Positions 33,901 to 38,313 of a DNA stretch of 64,000 nt are shown piece after piece. The notes beneath the pieces are model-generated. The model was given only the letters and a program-made list of their open reading frames with translations, was not told the origin of the DNA and did no database searches. Position 1 is the stretch's first letter. Every line of letters begins with the position of its first letter. The stretch is from an uncultured Bacteroidota bacterium. Its GTDB lineage: Bacteria > Bacteroidota > Bacteroidia > Bacteroidales > M50B96. Location of the stretch: NCBI GenBank assembly GCA_937954085.1, contig CALGAK010000088.1, positions 2,448 to 66,447 of the forward strand, in the 5' to 3' direction. The position numbers and the translations under genes are program-made.

Positions 33901-34416
33901 GATCCGATGGTTGTTGAAATTATTCACACATCGATTGGATTACAAGCAAATGTTGTCAGTGGAGCTACTGGAATGCTTAGCTACTCATGGAGTAATGGTA
34001 AGCCATATCAAAGCATCAAGAATTTAGTTGTTGGACAAGAGTATTGTGTTACTGTGACCGACGCTAATGGATGTCAAGGTGTTGCTTGTGCTACTTGGAA
34101 CGGTGGAGTTAGTGCCAGCGTAGCCATGAGTAAAGAGGATATTATTCTCTCGTTAGATGAGTCTGATATCAAGCTCTTCCCGAATCCTACCCGCGATGGT
34201 ATGGTTACCATTGAACTGCCAGCTATCGATATGGATCGTGTTCAGATTGATATTCTCGATAACCAAGGACGTGTTGTTTATCAGGAAGCTGTTTATCAGA
34301 ATGCAGGAAATATGGTTCGTGCTAACCTCGGCAACTTACGCAGCGGTATTTATTTCGCTCGAATCAATCTCGACGACATCAAGTTAGTTACGAAACGCAT
34401 TGTCGTAACTCGATAA
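18946..34416 (+). CDS. Giant (5156 aa) cell-surface protein: signal peptide, 8 jelly-roll (MAM / choice-of-anchor-J-like) plus CARDB-like pairs, 3 Ig-like repeats, about 31 SprB-type units, type-A T9SS CTD
   Basis: Single uninterrupted ORF with signal peptide MKKYYIFLSLLFLTSYLAFSQQ. The modular architecture was read directly from the translation. The C-terminus is LFPNPTRDGMVTIEL...GIYFARI. Confidence 0.9.
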   Translation: MKKYYIFLSLLFLTSYLAFSQQVLLDEDFNSSNNLPTGWSTGVPTGYQSVWEVGDNLSSQNFIIPANDGNYAVSNDDACNCDIPGDTLYSPIIDFTGLDNITLSFSSYLPSPYAALSFPDSKGYIYIFNTVDNTFTLVQEVTINASWTNVSISLDNFVSGQHRIAFVHSDDNSPNSLSGWAIDDVLVTVPFANDLSVENILSPVSSCSQANADVQVELKNNGSTTITDFTISYQVGSDAPITMPVSGVSIPFNGTYVYTFANQVSLSAGSTHEITASIDYTNDMDLTNNSLTEFIMVSETIVINEIEDFNNNLSYTWSLNSESKANSSFDNGQVLMQGTGASGWVTSGGVTSSSNAWNDNLDYQSSLILTCNNNQVPAVNSGLELSFDLRQEGFNVSTNSWFAVFVNGSQVADVEGNLSFNPASTTSDAFATKTYNLSAYKNTAFTVELYASTYRSGDKVFIDNLVIRNRNERDAGIISIVSPTSDCGLANIGDLAVVIKNYGLESISNVPVYFTINGGSPVLAGTYGPSIPAGGQTGTVTFSNQSFSGFENQGVYELYVYTELEGDILFTGNDGATVSIVSQPLITVFPYEEDFEGDIIWASEGVNSSWEVGVPAGNTIQPTQANSKALITNASGNYNNNEYSFGVSPCFDFSLLVDPFVEFSIWYETDPGMDGAMLQYTLDNGTTWLPLGIIPDPSTGNPDNWYPLEVAQFSNLGGWTEASGAWLTARHDLSALAGESSVKFRFVFASDADNTVGVTEVDYEGVAIDNLFIGEAQADIDLKLNGFVTPVSDVNLTATELVSVEVQNMGILEVNQFSLSYSINGGAAVTEIFTQTILPGETVVINFTQTADVSAIGSYTLSASVAAANDGNPTNNTIETTLLNILVVTNYPYIESFEGVNHFWMSGGMNSSWQLTVPNGTAITGDPLTNPATDNVWVTNLNGGGYFNSEDSYVQSPEFDFSSLIQPAVKLRISYKTETDVDGAGLYASTDGGNNFSMVGTIGTPPNILNWYDNTVIAANNQFGWTGQKSWVQAIQDLSNLSGESSVIFRVVFNSDVVTNDEGFAFDDFEVFENAPRDLELLSWDSQMDNCGLGNAEEVIVSIKNNGLFTETDFTVSYTIDLNGVVQTATEQVSGVSVAPGSTFVYTFTTTADLSLPGNYVVSASVVIDNATDVNTVNNSWNGQFIGYDLIDTFPYTAGFETGSEGWLSGGVNNTFEVGTPDAGNTYINTAATGQNAWVTNLDGDHAVSEESYVESQCFDLSGILVPAISFDYFVHTEVNSASYAWDGARLEYTLDGGGTWSPIGAYTADASWYTYPQVQRLGNNPGWAGLSNSWTSVSYQLTDLQGETSVRFRFVFKADQGNTTGYEGFAFDNVRIFNDVPYDFGVSAIGTTSACAESLDNEVVVTITNYSQDYTHPVGATIDLAYEFNGGAAVQEQLVLVADLLPGGTVQYTFTTTFDAPVAGTYSMVAYTNVSGDGDAANDGTTEDIEIFALPALTPDISNVICNGENNGSISFNTTADYSFVWDNASTGMTLGDLVAGDYFVSITDNVTGCVYTSDAITVTEPAVLDVAASVVNPDCSDLNSGSITLTVSGGIAPYTYTWSNLETTSDLTGIATGNYAVTVVDVNLCEAEASVFVNGPFELPYSQDFEGLDLPLAWSLQQAANSIGWEFGTDINSTLFPFFIIPSHSGYAASNDDKNDDFSGTLNDASEDLLLTPVFNLEGYTSVSLQFDAYFNGFMDEASVILYHGVNQTVIHTMTASSQWQDGIIVNLDAYAGMCGVQIGFLYNDGGEWATGFAIDNFQISGVEQYDYDLAIGSILSPITESCGFSVNEDMTVEVVNVGLLEATGASISYSINGGSVVTENLPSILAGETLSFTFAQTADLSVTGTYTIDFTINYAADLNLANNQSDIVINSLQAIESIPYEQDFTALVPEFIGEAGSEASLVISSGELVFAGGNPLSGWTGGSNATALNAFNDNVSHISSFSTVCSINANAAATLELLFDLKQVATSSANDSWFRVLVNGTVVAGPFNASQTNGAYASQVVDLDAYAGSSFSLSFEASNRSVNDQVLLDNLILREKTANIALTAVNLSQPTCTYSDNETIEVVYTNTGSLTINEFELSLYVNNVLFGTQTISSSLAAGVTASFDFVGVDLSVPGNYAISAIATLANESDLSNNSLEVTAQSVPVYDVYPFAETAGNFADFWSSYGDNSSWVYSGNWQTGLVEYNNEENSYLQSPCFDFSSLDNPIVILNLNYLTENNVDYISVEYSVDGINWTTLGAQGQGNNWYNSANGWTGSSNGAIDASIVTNLGGLSSVKFRFHLASDFSGSFTGVSLNSFEVIDSQDFGVVSIAPVEICSNSDFQIEANLINAGSSLIPAGTNVELTYQFGSSSVTESFLLSTDLASGASIDYMFATVENIEVVSNYPFELVVSSPNDLNLVNNTYQGTLNIIPGPVIGTTTNIAICEGGSVTLTATGGTTEWSGGVFNNVPFFPVTTSDYTVTVTAANGCQATSTTTVVVNPLPEANAGEDQFVCEGELTTLTAAGGTTYQWIGLGNTASIEVIVDETETYTVLVTDANGCSDFATVTVNSLDLPIGSVTADLTICNDQSATLTAIGGDTYSWSTGATDSSIEVSPLATQNYDVTITNLDGCSVVEEVEVTVNNRPVVTNAIVTPNYCFEGSAGSIELTVDGMAPIQYEWSNSLGTANSVDNLPAGTYSVTIQDALGSLCPSVYEYTITEPAGPMVATIVDVANHVGYSISCNGANDGSLLAVVTAGNSPFVYNWSNGVTTSANQNLAPGVYTLTVTDVNSCVATAEYTVTEPAVLSVIETISDVTCNGANDGEIELSVTGGTQPYNFNWTTLSMNSSNPVLDQIGGGTYELVLTDANGCSITQSYSVAEPDPLTVTNVVLSDYNGYQVSCPLATDGSINLTAQGGNGSYVYNWSNGATTSSIDGLGAGTYTLTLSDAVGCEFVQSFTLAQPFPISTSISSTNVSCFGGDNGAINLNVSFGGVPPFTFEWSNGATTEDISGLTAGVYTVTISDQNNCGIEVSRTVNQPAELIATAFVSSDYNGSDVTCPGATDGSVSVSVVGGVQPYTYNWDVEVGSTNQTLNDLAAGTYDLTVTDANGCTSESSVTIVDPEQLSASVTVLSNYGLTNTNVTCFGGNDGSAEVITSGGSGTLVYNWSNSASGTSLVNDLTAGVQTIIVTDGNGCSVEVEFELTQPEQLVLSAGVEQEVSCTNADDGAVGVIANGGVGSYVYSWSTGATTASIANLSAGTYEVTVQDGNGCIAIESVVLNNPIPVSVNLVATSNYNGFNVSCNGGADGTANAIAAGGTGVYTYAWSVPSLEGATVGNLSAIAYSVTATDENGCSANDFIVLTQPAALEATSTLSDFNGFNIDCNGNATGSISVAITGGYGAYTYSWSDGSTNTLVENLSAGSYELTVTDENGCELVLPYTLTEPGVLALSFTTSDYNGYDVSCNGGSDGEISVEVTEGVLPYIYSWSNGATDASLSSLEAGSYEVTVTDANGCELVSAIVLEAAPALAIDAIVINSDYNGFDVSCNEASDGSATVSMSVGIEPYTYMWSSGETSATATLLTGGMNYVTVTDANDCSIVGEIELTAPSVFLVDVAVISDYNGNDVTCTGNMDAIVKATPVTGFGPYTYAWSTGATTDAVGGLGAGVYTVTVTDANGCVYESSVEVMDAEPISYTYDMTQVSCNGFNNGSIDVTVSGGTGTYMYFWNHAENTEDVDNLMPGVYYFLAIDENWCHVVSELFYIEEPAELTVSAEVTSDYSGFGVSCFNTTDGAISSMTTGGTEPYAYMWSNGESTADLTNVGGGTYTLTVTDANNCVVTTEVVVSSPAEFAANITLSDFNGFGVSCNGSTDGSISIIPVDGVAPVSFTWSDGSTSDNLTGLTAGVYYVTLTDFNGCAINYELEITEPTNLEASFSVTSDYNGYDVSCFNTADGNVTAILNGGVTPYTYLWANGETTASIMNGVAGDNMLTVTDANGCTLETVVNLDSPSEIVLAITEGSSITCNGAANGQLVADVTGGMGNYVYLWSNGEVTPSISNLAEGTYSLTVTDGTGCMVVSEYDFVAPELLTVTVDVQNPACNGQTDGFATAIVSGGVEPYSYYWSNGATTASITDLGPGIYYLFVLDANNCASTFVPFEIINPAAFDVNLVVTQANVCGDESNGAIELNLIGLNGTHSTLWSNGETTDNISGLGNGSYTVTVSNATGCEIVQTATINSDSHLELDYVVSDNLCAGSTNGSIGLMVTGGSGNLSYAWSNGATSDYVDMLASGNYSVTVTDALSCTIVEEILVEEPAAIVVSSTVSMVSCNGLADGSVMVSLSGGIAPYNYTWSNGATSLDNTGLLAGNYEFSYTDANGCEGVESFVVAEPAVLALDLAGIDEGCADGALGSVTAMISGGTEPYTYTWSNGGTDSFITELTAGTYTLTVVDASNCSVEASTTLSTVTPLAVSALVNPVSCNGLSDGMVDVTVTGGNGTYYYNWEGNNLGGSSVFNWDYSITDNNHTVVIPANAAISVNGVSIANGDYIGAFYDNNGVLECAGYTEWAGAVTSVAVWGDDGVTTTVKDGFESGETMQWFIWQAATGQTFAAEAEYGTLNVTHAGNWAAFGTSSILGLNALVAADLVDVVAGEYFLTVTDENGCYTSTTVQVSEPDALMLESTLVDATCEGNMDASIAIQVSGGTAPYVYSWNNGSTDMNQTGLAAGLYDVVVTDANGCELAQSFELTYNILTLTADMVEPSAFGEDDGSISVVADGGVAPYSYSWSNGATNAMIEGLVAGNYEVTVVDANLCQVIALYELGQPAPPLVVDYVITQPTACLTDGMIDLTVSGGTGVYSYAWSNGDLTEDLLNVGSGLYTVTVSDANGYEFILSELELMGITMDVEFIVSNNVCFGGSEASVTVLVNNQLPASFEWAHGPASDYISNLEAGNYTVTITDTYGCTVVESVSVVDPDPMVVEIIHTSIGLQANVVSGATGMLSYSWSNGKPYQSIKNLVVGQEYCVTVTDANGCQGVACATWNGGVSASVAMSKEDIILSLDESDIKLFPNPTRDGMVTIELPAIDMDRVQIDILDNQGRVVYQEAVYQNAGNMVRANLGNLRSGIYFARINLDDIKLVTKRIVVTR
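19009..23430 (+). repeat. Five consecutive [about 160-190 aa jelly-roll-like module + about 105 aa CARDB-like module] pairs
   Basis: Jelly-roll modules start with DEDFNSS..GW, IEDFNNN, FPYEEDFEG, YPYIESFEG and FPYTAGFETG, and end in ..A[IF]D[DN]. Each is followed by a unit of the form D.(G/S).....P...C.......V.[IL].N.G. Confidence 0.7.
23431..23880 (+). repeat. Two SprB-type units embedded in the N-terminal half of the 5156-aa protein
   Basis: NVICNGENNGSISF...ITDNVTGC and NPDCSDLNSGSITLTVSGGIAPYTYTWSN...VVDVNLC. Confidence 0.75.
23866..26300 (+). repeat. Three more jelly-roll + CARDB-like pairs, repeating the module order of the first three pairs
   Basis: Modules start at LPYSQDFEG..LAW, IPYEQDFTALV and YPFAETAGNF, each followed by a CARDB-like unit. 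Confidence 0.7.
26310..26950 (+). repeat. Three tandem Ig-like units of about 70 aa (C.G....L.A.GG..Y.W ... Y.V.VTD.NGC)
   Basis: ICEGGSVTLTATGGTTEW..., VCEGELTTLTAAGGTTYQW... and ICNDQSATLTAIGGDTYSW... Confidence 0.7.
26950..34100 (+). repeat. About 29 SprB-type repeat units of the 5156-aa protein
   Basis: Counted by the C.G..DG...GG..(P)Y.Y.WS signature. The period is about 225-240 nt, and the last two units are degenerate. Confidence 0.8.
32524..32905 (+). repeat. Fifth copy of the unassigned GDYIG-AWGDD module, nested inside one SprB-type unit
   Basis: VFNWDYSITDNNHTVVIP...GDYIGAFYDNNGVLECAGYTEW...VAVWGDDGVTTTVKDGFESGETMQWFIWQA. It is flanked by VSCNGLSDGMVDVTVTGGNGTYYYNWEG upstream and VAGEYFLTVTDENGC downstream. 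Confidence 0.85.
34164..34413 (+). other. Type-A T9SS C-terminal sorting domain of the 5156-aa protein
   Basis: IKLFPNPTRDGMVTIEL...IDILDNQGRVV...GIYFARINLDDIKLVTKRIVVTR. Confidence 0.85.
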
Positions 34417-34449
34417 AAAAAGGAGCCTCCTTCGGGAGGCTTTTTTTTT
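34415..34449 (+). terminator. Strong rho-independent terminator after the 5156-aa gene
   Basis: Stem AGCCTCC, loop TTCG, stem GGAGGCT (34424-34441), with an A-run before and a 9-T run after. Confidence 0.8.
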
Positions 34450-34591
34450 GCTTCTTGTTCTAAGTAGATACCAATCTTGCTTGTCTTATATTATCTGGTT
34501 ATGCTGCAAGCCTGATGATTGCAGTGGAGTACATCTTGTAATGTCTCTCGTTTTTTCTTTTACAGACTTCAAAATCTAGATGAAAGCGGCT

Positions 34592-34599
34592 TATCTTTG
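34592..34599 (+). promoter_or_regulatory. Candidate -7 box (TATCTTTG) upstream of metG
   Basis: Matches TAnnTTTG 24 nt before the metG ATG. No clear -33 TTG is present. Confidence 0.25.
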
Positions 34600-34622
34600 C
34601 CGTTTTGTGATTAAAAAACAGT

Positions 34623-36671
34623 ATGATTACTACAACTTCGAATTTTAAGCGAAACCTGGTAACCTGTGCCTTGCCTTATGCTAATGGGCCAATCCATATA
34701 GGGCACCTAGCAGGTGTTTATGTTCCAGCCGATATCTATGTGCGTTATCTCCGATTACGGGGGAGAGATGTGAAGTTCATCTGTGGTTCCGATGAGCATG
34801 GTGTCCCGATTACCATCAAGGCTAAGAAGGAGGGCGTGCAGCCTCAGGATGTTGTGGATAAGTATCATGGAATCATTAAATCTTCCTTCAAGGAGTTTGG
34901 GATCGACTTTGATATTTATGCACGTACTTCCGATCCAGTTCATCATGAAACAGCTAGTGCGTTTTTTAAAAAACTGCATGATGATGGTAAGTTTATTGAA
35001 CGGGATACAGAGCAGTTGTATGATCCGGAGGCTCATCAGTTTTTAGCAGATCGCTATGTAACCGGAACGTGTCCGCATTGTCATTCGGAGGGAGCCTATG
35101 GCGATCAGTGTGAGAAATGCGGCACTTCCCTGAATGCGACCGATTTGATTAACCCGGTATCCGCCATTACGGGTGCTAAGCCGGTATTAAAAGAGACGCG
35201 TCATTGGTATTTGCCATTGGATGCGTATAGTGATTTTTTAAGTGAGTGGATTTTAGAAGGTCACAAAGAGTGGAAAACGAACGTTTATGGACAATGTAAA
35301 TCGTGGATAAAAGATTCTGGTTTAATGCCAAGAGCTGTTACCAGGGATTTAAATTGGGGGGTGCCTGTTCCTGTTGAGGGAGCCGAGGGTAAAGTATTGT
35401 ACGTTTGGTTCGATGCTCCAATTGGATATATTTCGGCAACGAAAGAGTTGACTGAAGATTGGGAGCTTTATTGGAAAGATGCGGAAACTCGTTTAATTCA
35501 TTTTATTGGGAAGGATAATATTGTTTTTCACTGTATTATTTTTCCTGCAATGTTAAAGGCAGAAGGAAGCTATATTCTACCGGATAATGTGCCAGCTAAT
35601 GAGTTTCTGAATCTAGAAGGGGATAAAATTTCTACCTCTCGAAATTGGGCCGTTTGGTTGCACGAGTATTTAGAGGATTTCCCTGGAAAGCAGGATGTGC
35701 TGCGATACGTTTTAACGGCAAACGCTCCCGAAACAAAGGATAATGATTTTACCTGGAAAGACTTTCAGTCTAGGAATAATAATGAATTACTCGCCGATTT
35801 TGGCAATTTCGTAAATCGCACTTTAGTCTTAAGCAAAAAATATTTCGACGGCATCGTTCCCGCTCCTTCATCGATGGAGTTGATTGATGAGGATACTTTG
35901 GGAGAGATAGGGAAAATCAAATTACAAATCGAGCATCAACTTGAGCATTTTCATTTTCGAGAGGCTTTAAAAGAGCTTATAAATTTGGCTCGATTAGGTA
36001 ATCGATACTTCGCTCTTACCGAGCCCTGGAAGTTGCAAAAAACAGATCCAAAACGTGTAGAGGCCATTCTTTTTGTAGCCTTGCAAATTACTGCCAACTT
36101 AGCGGCCTTGTCGGAACCCTTTTTGCCATTCACGTCTAAGCGCTTGCATGATTTTTTACAGCTAGATACCGTTTTGTGGGATTCGATTGGAAAAGATATT
36201 CTCCTGAGTCCCGGGCATCAGTTAGGCGAATTTGAGCTCTTGTTTGAAAAGATTGAGGATGAGGTTATTGAGGCGCAAGTTGCGAAGCTTCTTCAGACTA
36301 AAAAAGACAACTTAGCTGCTACTGTAGCGGTTCCTCCACAGAAACCCGCTGTGAGTTTCGATTCATTTTCGTCGATGGATATTCGTATTGCAAAGGTTTT
36401 AGAAGCTGAGAAAGTGCCAAAGACCAAGAAATTACTCAAGCTAACGATCGATACGGGCGTTGACAAACGGGTTATTGTTTCGGGGATAGCGGAGTATTAT
36501 GAACCAGAATCTTTAATTGGAAGGCAAGTTCAAGTCCTCATTAATTTAGAGCCTCGACAAATACGCGGAATCGAATCACAGGGAATGATTTTAATGGCTC
36601 AAAATCCCGACGGAAGTTTGAGTCTCATGGTTCCCGATAAAGAGAATCCGAGCGGCTCTCCTGTAGCTTAA
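34623..36671 (+). CDS. metG: Methionine--tRNA ligase
   Basis: 682 aa with HIGH motif (PIHIGHLAG), KMSKS-type motif (KISTSRN), a Zn knuckle (CPHC...CEKC) and a C-terminal tRNA-binding domain. Confidence 0.97.
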   Translation: MITTTSNFKRNLVTCALPYANGPIHIGHLAGVYVPADIYVRYLRLRGRDVKFICGSDEHGVPITIKAKKEGVQPQDVVDKYHGIIKSSFKEFGIDFDIYARTSDPVHHETASAFFKKLHDDGKFIERDTEQLYDPEAHQFLADRYVTGTCPHCHSEGAYGDQCEKCGTSLNATDLINPVSAITGAKPVLKETRHWYLPLDAYSDFLSEWILEGHKEWKTNVYGQCKSWIKDSGLMPRAVTRDLNWGVPVPVEGAEGKVLYVWFDAPIGYISATKELTEDWELYWKDAETRLIHFIGKDNIVFHCIIFPAMLKAEGSYILPDNVPANEFLNLEGDKISTSRNWAVWLHEYLEDFPGKQDVLRYVLTANAPETKDNDFTWKDFQSRNNNELLADFGNFVNRTLVLSKKYFDGIVPAPSSMELIDEDTLGEIGKIKLQIEHQLEHFHFREALKELINLARLGNRYFALTEPWKLQKTDPKRVEAILFVALQITANLAALSEPFLPFTSKRLHDFLQLDTVLWDSIGKDILLSPGHQLGEFELLFEKIEDEVIEAQVAKLLQTKKDNLAATVAVPPQKPAVSFDSFSSMDIRIAKVLEAEKVPKTKKLLKLTIDTGVDKRVIVSGIAEYYEPESLIGRQVQVLINLEPRQIRGIESQGMILMAQNPDGSLSLMVPDKENPSGSPVA

Positions 36672-36688
36672 ATAAGCGTTTTTTACAC

Positions 36689-37183
36689 CTAAACCTGTCC
36701 GAGTTGGTCGAATATTTTTTGCACCGCGGGGCAGGTTTTTGTGTTTTCAAGGCTGAGGTCGATTAATTGAAAGAATTTTTTCCGGTCGGTGTGCGGGTAT
36801 TCGCGGCATGCTTTCGGGCGAGAAGGATAAATTTGGCAGATGTTGTCCGCTTGGAGGAAAGGGCATGGCATGGATTTAAATACGTAATCTTGATCTTCGT
36901 CTATTCTGAGGTATTCCTGAATGAATGCTGCTTCTTTTTTACCCGTAGCCTTGGCCATTTTTTCAATGTCCTTGCTGGTTATACGCGGACCTAGCGTTCG
37001 GCAGCAATTCCCACAATCGAGGCAATTTATTTCTTCAAAAACCTTTTCATGCAGTTCATGGACATATTCGTCTAACAACCTGGGTTGCATTTTCTTTAGA
37101 TTCTTGGCGAGGCTTACATAGGTTTTTTTCTTCTGCTTGGCCGCCAACAGAATGTTACTGGGATGAAAGGGTGGTTTTAGCAT
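36689..37183 (-). CDS. YkgJ-family cysteine-cluster protein
   Basis: 164 aa with a CLDCGNCC motif and further conserved Cys (MPCPF, ACREYP). Confidence 0.7.
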   Translation of the reverse strand: MLKPPFHPSNILLAAKQKKKTYVSLAKNLKKMQPRLLDEYVHELHEKVFEEINCLDCGNCCRTLGPRITSKDIEKMAKATGKKEAAFIQEYLRIDEDQDYVFKSMPCPFLQADNICQIYPSRPKACREYPHTDRKKFFQLIDLSLENTKTCPAVQKIFDQLGQV

Positions 37184-38066
37184 GCGGTTTAAACTTAATC
37201 TGGGATAGGAATAGGCCGGAAATGGTAATGCCTATTGCAATCATTTTCGTGAGCGTAAGTGTTTCGTTCAGGATTAGCCAGGCAAAAAAGGCAGTAAAAA
37301 CCGGAATCAGGTTCGTGAAAATATTTGCTCGACTAATGCCAATTTGGCGAATGCCATAGGTAAAAAAGATAAAGGCGAGCGAAGAGGCAAAGAAAGCTAA
37401 TTGAAGGAGCGGAAGCCACATGGATGAATCGAAGTTTTCGGCAGAAAGGTGAGGGACATCGAGTATAATGAACATGGGCAGAAACCAGGCAATTCCAAAC
37501 GTGTTTTGATAGGTAATGAGTGTTATGGTATTGTAGTTAGACGCTTTCTTTATCAGTATCATACCATAGGCAACAGCAGCGAAAACTGAGAGTAACAGGA
37601 ATACGATTCCGATAGGATTTATTTGGAGGTCTTTATTGTTTTGAAGGATGAGGATGGCTACTCCTGAGAATGATAAAACGAGGCCCAAATAGTTTGAAAA
37701 GGCCAGTTTCTCTTTTAAGAAATAAGCTGCTGCAATGGGAGTAAAAAGGGGAATGGTGCTGATGATAACAGATCCAAGCGTGCTGCTAACATAGTTCATT
37801 CCGTAGCTTTCGCCAACGAAGTACAAAAATGGTTGGAAGAAAGAGAGTAACAAGATGGAACCTATGTCGCGCCGTTTTAGTTTTTGAAGCTTACCGGTAA
37901 GTGAGGTGAAAATCCATAAGATGATGGATGAGATGATGAGCCTAAAAAGGACTAAGCTTACCGGATTTAGAAATACCAGAACTTGCTTATACCAAACAAA
38001 TGATAAGGCCCAAAAAACCATGGCGAACACTATGGCCGAGTAGATTTTTAAAGTTGGTTCTTTCAT
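37155..38066 (-). CDS. DMT-superfamily (EamA-like) transporter
   Basis: 303 aa with about 10 predicted TM helices arranged as two EamA-like halves. It overlaps the downstream ykgJ-like gene by 29 nt. Confidence 0.8.
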   Translation of the reverse strand: MKEPTLKIYSAIVFAMVFWALSFVWYKQVLVFLNPVSLVLFRLIISSIILWIFTSLTGKLQKLKRRDIGSILLLSFFQPFLYFVGESYGMNYVSSTLGSVIISTIPLFTPIAAAYFLKEKLAFSNYLGLVLSFSGVAILILQNNKDLQINPIGIVFLLLSVFAAVAYGMILIKKASNYNTITLITYQNTFGIAWFLPMFIILDVPHLSAENFDSSMWLPLLQLAFFASSLAFIFFTYGIRQIGISRANIFTNLIPVFTAFFAWLILNETLTLTKMIAIGITISGLFLSQIKFKPHAKTTLSSQ

Positions 38067-38121
38067 TCGAAGGTATTAGGCGCTAGGTCATTAACTGGTC
38101 ATCAAAGGAAATAGTTGATTC

Positions 38122-38150
38122 AAAAAAAAAGCTGTTCAAAGGAACAGCTT
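38122..38150 (-). terminator. Rho-independent terminator downstream of tRNA-His
   Basis: Stem AGCTGTTC, loop AAAG, stem GAACAGCT (38130-38149). The 9-A run at 38122-38130 gives a T-run on the minus strand. Confidence 0.75.
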
Positions 38151-38153
38151 TAG

Positions 38154-38228
38154 GGTGAAAGACCGGACTCGAACCGGCGACCTTTGGAACCACAATCCAA
38201 CGTTCTAACCAACTGAACTACATTCACC
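38154..38228 (-). tRNA. tRNA-His (anticodon GTG) with encoded G-1
   Basis: Hand-folded cloverleaf: G-1 pairs with C73, acceptor GTGAATG/CTTTCAC (one T-T mismatch), D stem GTTC/GAAC, anticodon stem TTGGA/TCCAA with loop TTGTGGT, and T loop TTCGAGT. Confidence 0.9.
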
Positions 38229-38313
38229 GTGTTATTGGCTGCGAATTTAATAGAAAAAATGGTTCGATGAATCAAGTCAATTAAGAATTTTAATTCAATT
38301 TAATATCTTGCTG

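Noticed and set aside
9786-34416. The regular ~230-nt periodicity might indicate a CRISPR array or a satellite repeat.
   Set aside because: The periodicity lies entirely inside two long open reading frames. It corresponds to 75-80 aa protein repeat units whose sequences have diverged. There are no identical direct repeats with unique spacers and no cas genes.
18946-34416. The giant proteins as polymorphic toxins (Rhs, MAFB or CDI-like).
   Set aside because: I saw no Rhs/YD repeats, no pre-toxin or toxin-like C-terminal module and no small immunity-like ORF downstream. Both proteins end in T9SS sorting domains, which are cleaved on export.
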